A stretch of DNA of 64,000 nucleotides from an uncultured Thalassobaculaceae bacterium (GCA_964483985.1 CAZADS010000061.1:8073-72072), one strand, 5' to 3'. Positions 8,821-20,451 are shown, counted from the stretch's first letter. A program made the numbers and translations. Notes: generated by a model not told the origin, from the sequence alone.

Positions 8821-10695
8821 TCAATCTATTGCTTGGCACCAAAATTGGTACATAGCAATGAATGTGTGGGGATTTTCCTGCTCGAAAATATGCCAATGCA
8901 AAAGATCTTGGTTAGTATCTGTTCCGGGAAATAGATTATTAAAGGACTTCATTGTAGTGGGAGATAAATTCGCAAAACCCAAAAATTTCATATCTAATTT
9001 TAGCAAATAATCCGCTATTTTTGGTAAGGCCAATTGGGATTCTTGGGTATGGAAAAATAAATCTCTACATCCGCTAATTGAATAAAAATCTGCAAACCTT
9101 AAAACTATTGCTTCTGGTCCAGTCGGAGGACTAGTGAGCAAATCCGCCCTATAACTCCGAATGAAATCATTAATCTTATCTAAATTATATTTTTTTGGAA
9201 TGTTTTGTCCTAGTTTCTGCCATTGTTTGCGTGCCAGAGCACTGTACAAGCCAACCCTCATCAAACCACCCGGCTTTAAAAGTTTACGAAGAATTTGCCA
9301 ACCGACACTTGGATTGCCCATATGATGAAGAACACCAGAGCTTTCGATTAAGTCAAAACGTTTGTCTAATTGCTCTAACTCCAAAATGTCTCCTTGGGCA
9401 AACGATACATTATCAACACCTAAAACTTTAGCCCTTTGAGCCCCATAAGCTAAAGACTGGCGACTTAGATCAATCGCCAAAACCTTACAATCCCTGTATC
9501 TCGAGGCCGTGGAGATCGCGTGACGTCCCGTTCCGCAACCAGCTATTAAAATTTCTGGGGAAATCAAATCCACATGCTGGGCCTGAATAGTTGGGAATAG
9601 GCGAAAAATTCTATCCTGCAACGTTGTTGGGTCGTTATTCCGATCCACAGATAACCATTTGGGATAAGGATTAGTTTCGTACTGGTCTCGCACAGCAAGG
9701 GATGTCTTGTCTTTTATCTTGGTCAAAGTAGGTAGGATTTTTTCAATTTCCAATTCGTTTTGTTTTTCTTTCTTCCACAGAACAAACAAGTTTTTATTTT
9801 CAAATGATACCGAGGCTTGAATTGGGATATCTAATTCAGCTAATTCCGAAAAAGGTAAAAACATAGCAGATATTGCAAAATTATAACTGTCAACGTCTTT
9901 TAAATTCTGTAAAAGAGTTTTGGCGTTTAATCGCTCGGCCGGATCAATCATTTGAGCCAATTCAGTGTTTTGGCATTGCGCTACCAAACCCCATAATAAA
10001 GAGGGTTTGGTCGTAATTTTTTTCCCCTCCAAAGCCCAACCCAGCAATTGGCGACGCGCCAAGGTAATCCATGCTTCTACTTTGGGAATAGGTATTATGG
10101 TTTTCTTAAGGAGTAATATCAAAAGAGGGTCTGCTAATTCCCTGGGGGTCAACGAGTGAAAAAGTTTTCCCATTGGATATGCTTTAGAAGCCACTTCAAC
10201 TAAGGTGGCAAATCTCTTGTTAGCAAGTAAAAAATCCGCTGTTGGTAAAGCCAGCACTTGGTGATCGATGTCATTTCGTTCAAATAAAACAAGTAAAAGT
10301 TTTCGGATCACCGTCGAAGGCCGTTCGATTGTCATCTCAGTTAAAGTTTTTGTAATTCCCGTTCTGATAGCTGAATCGTCTGGATTGTCTTTTAGCAAGA
10401 CTGCATAATTTTGTAAGGCTTCCTCATGTCTTCCAAGTTCTCCTAAAACACGCGCGAGATTTGCTCTCGCCACCTTGTATTTTGGAGCTAATTGAAGGGC
10501 TTTTCGATAACTTCGCAACGAGTCCATTGGTGAACCAGCAGCACGCAATGCAACACCCAAGTTGTTATGTATTTCTGGGTAGTCAGGATTTATTCGGCTA
10601 ACTTCCTTATAAATTATAATCGCCTCTTTAAATTGGCCTTTTGCTAGCAGTTGGCCGGCTCTACGTGATTGGTCCGCCCAATGAGGTTTCATCAT
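8821..10695 (-). CDS. TPR-repeat protein fused to a class I SAM-dependent methyltransferase
   Basis: N-terminal TPR repeats (AIIIYKEVSRINPDYPEIHNNLGVAL...). The C-terminal methyltransferase has motif I ILIAGCGTGRH and DLIESSGVLHH. Confidence 0.8.
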   Translation of the reverse strand: MMKPHWADQSRRAGQLLAKGQFKEAIIIYKEVSRINPDYPEIHNNLGVALRAAGSPMDSLRSYRKALQLAPKYKVARANLARVLGELGRHEEALQNYAVLLKDNPDDSAIRTGITKTLTEMTIERPSTVIRKLLLVLFERNDIDHQVLALPTADFLLANKRFATLVEVASKAYPMGKLFHSLTPRELADPLLILLLKKTIIPIPKVEAWITLARRQLLGWALEGKKITTKPSLLWGLVAQCQNTELAQMIDPAERLNAKTLLQNLKDVDSYNFAISAMFLPFSELAELDIPIQASVSFENKNLFVLWKKEKQNELEIEKILPTLTKIKDKTSLAVRDQYETNPYPKWLSVDRNNDPTTLQDRIFRLFPTIQAQHVDLISPEILIAGCGTGRHAISTASRYRDCKVLAIDLSRQSLAYGAQRAKVLGVDNVSFAQGDILELEQLDKRFDLIESSGVLHHMGNPSVGWQILRKLLKPGGLMRVGLYSALARKQWQKLGQNIPKKYNLDKINDFIRSYRADLLTSPPTGPEAIVLRFADFYSISGCRDLFFHTQESQLALPKIADYLLKLDMKFLGFANLSPTTMKSFNNLFPGTDTNQDLLHWHIFEQENPHTFIAMYQFWCQAID

Positions 10696-10707
10696 GAATT
10701 TTTCGCC

Positions 10708-11961
10708 TCACATATGCAAATCGAAAGCAATACTAATTCTCTCTCCGGTCCCCACGAATGGAATCGTTCCGTGCCATACATAGGAAGGGAAGAGAATTAC
10801 CATGCCTGCTTTCGGTTCAATGACTTCTATGTTTTCATCCCCACCTAGGCAAGGCAAACCGTAACCTGGTCTATTGAACTCGATCCAACCAGCGTGTGGG
10901 TTAGAGGCGTCGATATGCGATGGAACAGTGACATAATATACACCACTCATCCACCCCTGATTATGAATATGCGCTGACTGATGGTCATCAGGACCCAACA
11001 AGTTCGCCCATATATCCAACTCATAGTTACTTGGTTTCCTGGAGAGATAAGGGTGTTTTGAGTCTTCAGGTAGTGACTGAACATATCCATCAATAAGTTG
11101 GCGAAGCGTACCTTCCAATACTTCCAGTATTTCGGATTTGTGATCAAATAAACGAGGAACCACCGCCCCTCCGCGTATTGCTCTATGGTGTGGATCCCAA
11201 TCAGATGAGAGGTTAGGGTGGTTTTTTAAGGTTCTGGATAGTTCTTTATTGAATTTTTCCAAATTACTTATGTGACCTTCGTTAGCTATGTTGAAAGTGC
11301 GAACAAGGGAACCAAACCCTACTAAAACATTCGCCTCTTGATTTTTTCCAACCCCTCTCAAACCAACTACTTTGTAGGCATTAGCTCGAACGTTATTTGG
11401 ATCTGTACTAAGAACATTTTCCAGTATTCTTAGCGCGGACGAACCGTCTTGTTTTTGCAATAACACGGCAGCTAAATTGTTGGCCGCAGCAGTAGACTTT
11501 GGCTGGCAGATGAGTGCCCAACGATACAGTTTTTCAACAACCATTTTATCCTTTTGGCTGGAATTTTCACTTTGCTGCGCTAAATTACCCATAGACACGG
11601 TGGGATTCGCTTGATTTGGCGTTAAGATTAGAGCACGACGAAAGGCAACAGTTGCTTCGTCTAATCTACCCATCTGCTCATTATATTCACCTAATAAATT
11701 ATATACCTGCATATAATCTTTAGTTTGGGAGACTACTGCACTAATATGTTTCCAACATTCATCGTAACGTTTAGCCATTAAATCCAACCGTCCCAACAAA
11801 GTCCCAGCAATGGGGTGTCCTTCATGGCGGTGCAGTATTCGCCGATAAATCTCCTCTGCCGCCCTAAACCGGCCAGAATTATGATGAGCGATAGCTATCC
11901 CTAGAGCTTTATGTAAATCCATAAGCCACCATGTTTTCTGAAAGGGTGTTCCATTCATCAA
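10708..11961 (-). CDS. TPR-repeat protein fused to a 2OG-Fe(II) oxygenase-like domain
   Basis: N-terminal TPR repeats. The C-terminal HIHNQGWMSGVYYV ... ILFPSYVWHGT matches the putative 2OG-Fe(II) oxygenase (PF13759/TIGR02466-like) pattern. Confidence 0.75.
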   Translation of the reverse strand: MMNGTPFQKTWWLMDLHKALGIAIAHHNSGRFRAAEEIYRRILHRHEGHPIAGTLLGRLDLMAKRYDECWKHISAVVSQTKDYMQVYNLLGEYNEQMGRLDEATVAFRRALILTPNQANPTVSMGNLAQQSENSSQKDKMVVEKLYRWALICQPKSTAAANNLAAVLLQKQDGSSALRILENVLSTDPNNVRANAYKVVGLRGVGKNQEANVLVGFGSLVRTFNIANEGHISNLEKFNKELSRTLKNHPNLSSDWDPHHRAIRGGAVVPRLFDHKSEILEVLEGTLRQLIDGYVQSLPEDSKHPYLSRKPSNYELDIWANLLGPDDHQSAHIHNQGWMSGVYYVTVPSHIDASNPHAGWIEFNRPGYGLPCLGGDENIEVIEPKAGMVILFPSYVWHGTIPFVGTGERISIAFDLHM

Positions 11962-12092
11962 TAAAAGACCATTTGATAAATATTATCAAATTACAAATTT
12001 ATTCTTTTAAAAGATTGAGAATCTAGACATGACGTAATGTTTCTTTTATACAGCCAGCTGGTACAGGTGTTATTTTGTTGTTTAGAAATTGT

Positions 12093-12168
12093 GCCCAGGT
12101 AGCTCAGTTGGTAGAGCAGTGGACTGAAAATCCGCGTGTCGGTGGTTCAAATCCGCCCCTGGGCACCA
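12093..12168 (+). tRNA. tRNA-Phe (anticodon GAA)
   Basis: The cloverleaf was built by hand: acceptor GCCCAGG/CCTGGGC, anticodon loop CTGAAAA, T-arm GGTGG-TTCAAAT-CCGCC, and an encoded CCA. Confidence 0.95.
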
Positions 12169-12222
12169 TTTTTCCGCGAAAAAGCCCGCTTTTCTCTGTT
12201 GCCACACAGGTTAATGTTAAAA

Positions 12223-12552
12223 TCAAATGTGCCCGATATGCGGCTGTGCATCCGCTAGCCGGGTCGACATCAGTTCCTGTTCTGTAAGGAGACGTTTTAG
12301 CCGGCGTTCTTCATGCAACCGGCCGCGTTTTTGCGGTGTTACCTTATCCTTGTATTCCTGGATAAGCGTCTGGATTGTTGCGTTTCCGAGTTTGGGGATA
12401 TCCCATTTACCTGTCTGCATCAGAATTTCCTGCTCCCGTGCCCAGCACACGGCATCCTGTTTTCTCAGGAATGTCTTTGAAATGGAACCCTGATTTGCCT
12501 GGCGAACCTGGACCTGCCATTTGCCATTGCGTTTTCGATATGAAGCCAACAC
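12223..12552 (-). pseudogene. tyrosine-type integrase, N-terminal stub only (catalytic domain missing)
   Basis: The 109 codons begin ...YRKRNGKWQVQVRQ...KTF..KQDAVCWAREQE...VTPQKRG...ERRLKRLL. This is the arm-binding/N-terminal pattern of tRNA-associated phage integrases. A full-length protein would be over 300 aa. Confidence 0.7.
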
Positions 12553-12613
12553 CCGATCTCCCTGTGACCAAAGTGTGACAACGAGAGGCCTTTTTCCCCT
12601 AAGTCCCTGATTT

Positions 12614-12675
12614 CCCAGGTAGCTCAGTTGGTAGAGCAGTGGACTGAAAAACCGCGTGTAGGTGGTTCAAATCCG
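12614..12675 (+). repeat. partial (5' two-thirds) copy of tRNA-Phe, non-functional
   Basis: 12614-12675 matches 12094-12155 at 60 of 62 positions. Beyond the T-loop it reads cgtcctccagaaacc and cannot pair with the 5' acceptor strand. Confidence 0.85.
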
Positions 12676-12740
12676 TCCTCCAGAAACCGTGAATATTTAT
12701 CGACTAAATTCAGATTAAATCTAAAAAACTTTCCGACTGA

Positions 12741-14633
12741 TCATGTTATATTATTCGCGGCAGTAACTGGATTTTCTTCAAGATAGGTTGCGGCATTGAA
12801 ATAGGGCAAATTATCCCGACTCGAGCAGCCCAAAACCGCCAATCTTTCAGTGACCTTCATCGCTTTTTCGTATTTTCTTTCCACTTCACTGGGAGAATTC
12901 ATTTCCAAGACGCTACCACAGACAGACGTCCCATAATGGGATTGTAGAGTGCGAACTGTAGTACCAGCCAATAATCCATTTGTTATCAAAGTTGGTTCAA
13001 AATCATCCTGTCTATTGATTTGTATTTTTCTCTCCACCAAATGCCCACGAATTTTTGCTTCCGCAGCTAGCGCTATATCCCAAAATTCCGATTCCGAATT
13101 GGTTGGCTTTCCAGAAACTTCCAAAAACGCCATACAAAAAGCTAAAAATACCTTTTCGTTTGGTTCTGCAGACTTCCAAGCTGCCCTGCCTAAGGTTCCC
13201 CATATTGAAAGATTTAATTCGCCATATACTTTTTGTAAACGATCAAAAAACAACCTTCGAATACCAATTTCATTCATTGCGCCATCAATTTTTTCCGCTT
13301 CGCAAATATCTATAGACGCTATGGAACCACAAACTGGGCAACCTTCATCGGTATACTTCCCTTTCTTATAGATGTGTGAACAACGCATTTGATTCGTTAA
13401 TTGGTTTTCACATAATCGATAATTATCTCGATCTTTATCATCTGTCTGTTGTTCACTTATCCAATTAAACCTATTTTTAAATTTAAGGTATGACCGTCTA
13501 TGATTCCAAAGGCTCCATTGCAATTTCTCCACTGGACCAAAGGTGCTCCAGTTAGAGCTTACGTCAATGACAATACATTTACTTTTCCCTGGCGCAGAAC
13601 GGAGCCCTCGGCCCACAGTTTGTCCCCAAATCACTTTAGACAACGTTGGCCGAAGATGGACAATTATATTACAGTGGGGATTGTCCCAACCTTCAGCTAG
13701 CACCCCCACGGATACCATTGCTTCTATGTCACCTTTTTCATGGGATTCCAAAAACTTCATTCTTTCGCTTATCGGAGTTTGGGCAGTAACGATTGCGGCT
13801 CTTATCCCTGACGAGATAATATGTTCATAAGTTGCCTCGGCAACAGTCACATCTGGACAAAACCACGCTGATATTGGTTTTGGTGAAACATTCTTCCTCT
13901 CTTCTAGGTAAATAGCAGTTGCATAATTAATCATCGACGATTTCACTATTGCCGATGCCAATTTAGCCACGGGAAAGTCCCCAGAGCTTATGTCTATGCT
14001 TTTCAAATCTAAATCATGGATAAAATGTGGGCGATAAATGGGTGGAACGAGGATGCCTTCGTCGATCAAATTTTCTATATCGGCGCAATCTATAATAGCG
14101 TCAAAAGCTAAATTGAGCTGGTCTCTTTGATCACCGGTGCGTCGTTCTGGAGAAGCCGTTAACCCCATTAGTACAGCATTTTTCTTTCCCCGAAGCTCAA
14201 AATCATCGATAATTTTTTTATAACCACTGCCGTTCGGTGAAACACGATGAGCTTCGTCTACAATGATCAAGTCTGATAAGGGTATTGCGTTTTCTAAAAC
14301 ATCCTTTGCCCTCATACTTGTTGATAACAAAACGTCATAGGTTTCAAAGGCAGTTCCACTATCAGAGAGGGCTAATTTATGAACTTTATGCTTCTCGCTC
14401 AATGCTTTTTCGAGTTGTTCTAACAATACTAACCGATGACAAAGGACCAAGATTTTTTTTCCCTTGTAGAAACGCTGCGCGATCTCGCTAGCGAGAACGG
14501 TTTTCCCAGCCCCTGTTGGAGCTTTCAAAATAAAACGCCGATGCCTTTCAATAATGGATGGAAACCCGTCAATTATTTTTTGTTGCCACTTTCTGAGACG
14601 CATTATTTTCCAATCGTATATCTCATTTGCCAA
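12741..14633 (-). CDS. SF2 DEAH helicase, RadD/YejH-like (COG1061 type), with a Cys cluster and an unassigned C-terminal domain
   Basis: Motif I APTGAGKT, motif II IIVDEAHR, motif III LTASP, motifs V-VI VLAEGWDNPHCNIIVHLRPT..WGQTVGRGLR. A Cys cluster C-x10-C-x13-CPVC follows. The start is a TTG at 14633, with an alternative ATG at 14603. Confidence 0.8.
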   Translation of the reverse strand: MANEIYDWKIMRLRKWQQKIIDGFPSIIERHRRFILKAPTGAGKTVLASEIAQRFYKGKKILVLCHRLVLLEQLEKALSEKHKVHKLALSDSGTAFETYDVLLSTSMRAKDVLENAIPLSDLIIVDEAHRVSPNGSGYKKIIDDFELRGKKNAVLMGLTASPERRTGDQRDQLNLAFDAIIDCADIENLIDEGILVPPIYRPHFIHDLDLKSIDISSGDFPVAKLASAIVKSSMINYATAIYLEERKNVSPKPISAWFCPDVTVAEATYEHIISSGIRAAIVTAQTPISERMKFLESHEKGDIEAMVSVGVLAEGWDNPHCNIIVHLRPTLSKVIWGQTVGRGLRSAPGKSKCIVIDVSSNWSTFGPVEKLQWSLWNHRRSYLKFKNRFNWISEQQTDDKDRDNYRLCENQLTNQMRCSHIYKKGKYTDEGCPVCGSIASIDICEAEKIDGAMNEIGIRRLFFDRLQKVYGELNLSIWGTLGRAAWKSAEPNEKVFLAFCMAFLEVSGKPTNSESEFWDIALAAEAKIRGHLVERKIQINRQDDFEPTLITNGLLAGTTVRTLQSHYGTSVCGSVLEMNSPSEVERKYEKAMKVTERLAVLGCSSRDNLPYFNAATYLEENPVTAANNIT

Positions 14634-14692
14634 AAATTAAACCGCCGCCAAATTTTATAGGCCTGGCCATTACCAAAAATCATCAACAATTT

Positions 14693-14781
14693 TGGCGGTG
14701 GGGGTGGGATTCGAACCCACGGTACGCTAAGCGCACAACGGTTTTCGAGACCGCCCCGTTCGCCCACTCCGGCACCCCACC
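14693..14781 (-). tRNA. tRNA-Ser (anticodon CGA)
   Basis: The reverse complement folds by hand: acceptor GGTGGGG/CCCCACC, anticodon loop CTCGAAA, a long variable arm, T-arm GTGGG-TTCGAAT-CCCAC, and an encoded CCA. Confidence 0.93.
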
Positions 14782-14982
14782 ATCAACAAATTCCTTCGAT
14801 CTGGGTTTAACAGGCTTGTGAGCTTAGCACCAACATCTTTCTTTATCTTTTTAGTAATAAGAAGGCACATTGGTATCAATTAGGTATAAAAACTAGCTTT
14901 GCTGGTTGACATAGCTGACCCCAACTGTATATTTCCGCGGCTAAATTGCAGGCCCGTATACAACACTGATTTGAGTTGCAAA

Positions 14983-15378
14983 ATGTTCGCAGTTTTAAAA
15001 ACCGGTGGCAAACAGTACAAAGTTGCGCAAAATGACGTAATAGTCGTTGAAAAGTTGGCAGCCGAAACTGGTAGTTCAGTCGAACTGGACCATGTACTTA
15101 TGATAGGAGAAAATGAAAACTCCTCCGTAGGGAATCCTATCATTAAGGGAGCCAAAGTTTTGGCGACGGTTCTGGAGCAAAAAAAGGGAAAAAAAGTCAC
15201 GGTTTTCAAGAAGAAACGCCGAAAGAATTACAGGCGAACGGTTGGCCACCGCCAAGACCTTACAGTATTACGAATTACTGATATTGAAGCTTCGTCCAAA
15301 CCAAAAAGAAAAACCGCAAGTCGAACTCGAAAAAAAACTGCAAACCCGACTTCAGCCGAGATTAAAACAAAGGATTAG
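14983..15378 (+). CDS. rplU: 50S ribosomal protein L21 with a Lys-rich C-terminal extension
   Basis: [14 protein letters not shown]... is the canonical L21 N-terminus. The ATG at 14983 lies inside the longer track ORF. Confidence 0.95.
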   Translation: MFAVLKTGGKQYKVAQNDVIVVEKLAAETGSSVELDHVLMIGENENSSVGNPIIKGAKVLATVLEQKKGKKVTVFKKKRRKNYRRTVGHRQDLTVLRITDIEASSKPKRKTASRTRKKTANPTSAEIKTKD

Positions 15379-15384
15379 TACACC

Positions 15385-15654
15385 ATGGCACATAAAAAAG
15401 CAGGTGGCAGTTCACGAAATGGTCGAGATTCGGCTGGTCGGAGATTAGGTATTAAAAAATTTGGCGGACAATTGGTAATCCCAGGAAATATCATTGTTCG
15501 TCAAAGAGGAACGAAGTTCCATCCTGGAATTAACGTAGGTATGGGGAAAGATCACACGCTTTTTGCCAAAGCTGAGGGAAAAGTGGCATTTAGACGCAAA
15601 TCCAACGGCAGAACATTCATCACAATTGAAACAATGGCAACGCCCGCTGAATAG
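15385..15654 (+). CDS. rpmA: 50S ribosomal protein L27
   Basis: [16 protein letters not shown] is the canonical L27 N-terminus. Confidence 0.97.
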   Translation: MAHKKAGGSSRNGRDSAGRRLGIKKFGGQLVIPGNIIVRQRGTKFHPGINVGMGKDHTLFAKAEGKVAFRRKSNGRTFITIETMATPAE

Positions 15655-15795
15655 TTAAAGTCACCATCACATCTTTCGAGACATATTTTTTTCGGTTGCC
15701 GTTCGTAAAAATCGAGCCTAAATCCTCTATACCCATTGCAGTAATTAATCTTAAGATCTTACCCAGACTAAAATCGCTAAATTAGCACTGACTGA

Positions 15796-18011
<2,216 letters not shown>

Positions 18012-18021
18012 GGAGAGTAAA

Positions 18022-19338
18022 GTGGCCGATTTAAATTCTTCATTACACAACCAAGAATTCGGCTCAACTTTGGGCACGACTCCTCCTCTTGAAAAACTGA
18101 TAAGAGACTTTGCTTGCTCCGCTCGCCAAGCGGCTAACGATTTAGCAAATGCCACATCCGAACAAAAAAATAACGCCATAACAGGCGCCGCTAAAGCAAT
18201 TCGGTCAAACATGAAGAATATTTTGGAAGCCAATGCTTGCGATTTAAAGAACGCCGAACAAAACAAATTAAGAGTTTCCCTTATAGACCGATTGAAACTA
18301 GACATCGGGCGCTTAGAAAGTATCGCCGTGGGGTTAGAATCAATTGCGAATCTACCCGATCCTATCGGAACTGTCATGAATACTTGGACTCAGTCCAATG
18401 GGCTGCAAATCAGCAGAGTTCGAGTTCCCCTCGGCGTAATAGCTATTATTTACGAATCCCGCCCCAACGTTACGGCCGATGCAGCGGCTATTTGTTTAAA
18501 AGCTGGAAATCCGGTCATCCTGAGAGGTGGATCTGAATCACTGCATTCATCCCATGCCATTTGGGATTGCATCGCCGAGGGTTTGAAAATCAGTGGCCTT
18601 AACTTGGCAGCGGTTCAGATAGTACCGACGACCGATCGTGATGCAGTTGGGTTTTTATTAAATTTGCCCGACTTAATTGATGTAATAGTGCCGCGGGGAG
18701 GAAAATCGCTTATTGAGAGAGTTCAAAACGAAAGTAAGATTCCGGTAATGGCACATCTTGAAGGGTTATGCCATGTATTCCTGGATTCATCAGCAGATGC
18801 AGGTATGGCTCATGACATAGTGTTGAATTCAAAAATGAGGCGCACCAGCGTCTGCGGAGCGATGGAAACACTCCTAATAGATCGTTCTGCCGCGAATAAC
18901 CTTCTACCCTTAATAGCGGAATCCTTGGTTAAATCAGGATGTGCCCTTAGAGGAGATTCAGCTTCAAAAAGTTTAGTCACAAAAATGGAGATGGCAACGG
19001 AAAATGATTGGACAACGGAATACCTTGACGCAATTTTATCAATCAAATTAGTGGACGGTGTGGGAGAGGCGATTCATCATATAAACACTTATGGTTCGAA
19101 TCATACGGATACTATCGTGACGAACAATGTAAATAACGCTGAACGGTTCTTAAAAGAAGTAGACAGCGCGATAGTGCTTCACAATGCTTCAACTCAGTAT
19201 GCTGACGGAGGAGAATTTGGTATGGGCGCAGAAATTGGCATTTCTACCGGCCGACTGCATGCCAGAGGCCCTATAGGAGTAGAGCAATTGACTAGTTTCA
19301 AATATATAGTCAGAGGCAATGGTCAAGTTAGACCATAA
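18022..19338 (+). CDS. proA: gamma-glutamyl phosphate reductase
   Basis: PLGVIAIIYESRPNVT and a catalytic Cys in RRTSVCGAMETLL are typical of ProA. Confidence 0.95.
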   Translation: MADLNSSLHNQEFGSTLGTTPPLEKLIRDFACSARQAANDLANATSEQKNNAITGAAKAIRSNMKNILEANACDLKNAEQNKLRVSLIDRLKLDIGRLESIAVGLESIANLPDPIGTVMNTWTQSNGLQISRVRVPLGVIAIIYESRPNVTADAAAICLKAGNPVILRGGSESLHSSHAIWDCIAEGLKISGLNLAAVQIVPTTDRDAVGFLLNLPDLIDVIVPRGGKSLIERVQNESKIPVMAHLEGLCHVFLDSSADAGMAHDIVLNSKMRRTSVCGAMETLLIDRSAANNLLPLIAESLVKSGCALRGDSASKSLVTKMEMATENDWTTEYLDAILSIKLVDGVGEAIHHINTYGSNHTDTIVTNNVNNAERFLKEVDSAIVLHNASTQYADGGEFGMGAEIGISTGRLHARGPIGVEQLTSFKYIVRGNGQVRP

Positions 19339-19355
19339 CCAATTTTGTATTTACC

Positions 19356-19991
19356 GTGACTAAAATTCTTATACAAACTCGACTTCCTTCCACTATCGGA
19401 CTAGGGGACTGCAGAGGCCAGAGAATTGGCCTTATGGGTGGGTCTTTCAATCCAGCCCACGATGGACACGCCATGGTCGCCCAATTAGCTATAAAACGAC
19501 TTCGCTTGCACAGAGTTTGGTGGCTGGTGTCGTCACAAAATCCGCTAAAAACTCTCGCAGAGATGTCGCCTTTGGAGAAACGAGTTGCACAAGCTCAAAC
19601 CATAGCCAAACATCCCAGAATCGAAGTAAGCGCGCTAGAAGCCAAGCTAGGAACCCAATATACAGTGGACACGATACAAACATTAAGCAAACGATTTACC
19701 AGAACGCGATTTGTATGGATCATGGGTGCTGATAACATGGCCCAATTTCATGCGTGGAAAGATTGGCAAACAATTTCAAAAACAGTTGGAATAGCGGTTT
19801 TTGATCGACCATCTTATTCACTCAAAGCTCTATCTAGTCAGACTGCGCGGCGTTTTGCCCGATTTCGTTTGTCAGAGCGAAAAGGTAAGGTGATAACCAA
19901 GTGTAGGCCGCCCGTTTGGATTTTCAATCATACTCGTCGCAATCCGGTCTCGGCTACCAAACTCAGGGCTAAATCATCCCTATCACGATGA
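19356..19991 (+). CDS. nadD: nicotinate-nucleotide adenylyltransferase
   Basis: The GGSFNPAHDGH nucleotidyltransferase motif, and synteny after proA. Confidence 0.9.
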   Translation: MTKILIQTRLPSTIGLGDCRGQRIGLMGGSFNPAHDGHAMVAQLAIKRLRLHRVWWLVSSQNPLKTLAEMSPLEKRVAQAQTIAKHPRIEVSALEAKLGTQYTVDTIQTLSKRFTRTRFVWIMGADNMAQFHAWKDWQTISKTVGIAVFDRPSYSLKALSSQTARRFARFRLSERKGKVITKCRPPVWIFNHTRRNPVSATKLRAKSSLSR

Positions 19992-20070
19992 TTGTCCATA
20001 TGTAACATTAGTCGAATTCGATTTCGGCATATTAAAGAATGGAGGAAACGTTATTCCAACCGAAGCCAAC

Positions 20071-20451
20071 TTGGTTGTGGAGGAAAGCCTCTTAGATTTG
20101 GTCACAGTGTCATTAGACAAGGACAAGGCTGATAATATCGTAGTGATTGATTTAGCTAAAAAATCCACCATTAGCGACCACATGATTATAGCAAGCGGCA
20201 ATTCCAATCGACAAGTAATAGCGATGGCAGGCCATATATTAAAAAAATTAAAAACAAAAGCTATTAGCAAAGTTAACGTCGAGGGGCTAGCGACTGGAGA
20301 TTGGGTCCTAATAGATGCAGGGGATCTCATAATACACCTTTTTCGACCCGAAGTTCGGCAGTTTTATGGTTTAGAAAAAATGTGGGGTGTCGAAGTGGCC
20401 AAGACTCACGGCCCCAAAGATGTCCGCTCCTCAAAGCGTACCAAGATTTAG
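20071..20451 (+). CDS. rsfS: ribosome silencing factor
   Basis: DHMIIASGNSNRQV...LIDAGDLIIHLF matches the RsfS/YbeB pattern. It sits in nadD-rsfS-rlmH order. Confidence 0.9.
   Translation: MVVEESLLDLVTVSLDKDKADNIVVIDLAKKSTISDHMIIASGNSNRQVIAMAGHILKKLKTKAISKVNVEGLATGDWVLIDAGDLIIHLFRPEVRQFYGLEKMWGVEVAKTHGPKDVRSSKRTKI

Noticed and set aside
12075-12287. ORFs overlapping the tRNA genes (12075..12287 + over tRNA-Phe, 14627..14821 + over tRNA-Ser), and shadow ORFs 12227..12493 and 12375..12578 opposite the integrase stub.
   Set aside because: They run through sequences that fold as canonical tRNAs, or lie antisense to the integrase-like frame. They have no recognisable protein features.
12169-12613. 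Elevated GC as evidence that the integrase stub is foreign.
   Set aside because: Hand counts of two 60-nt lines gave 52-53% GC. Lines in neighbouring native genes ranged from 35% to 52%, so the difference is not distinguishable without a proper sliding-window calculation.
12741-14633. The idea that the helicase is a recognisable anti-phage defence system (Hachiman, Gabija, Hna, Mokosh or similar).
   Set aside because: There is no partner gene, nuclease, PLD or other effector domain that I can see. The helicase core resembles the RadD/YejH repair helicase. It is kept only as a hedged finding.
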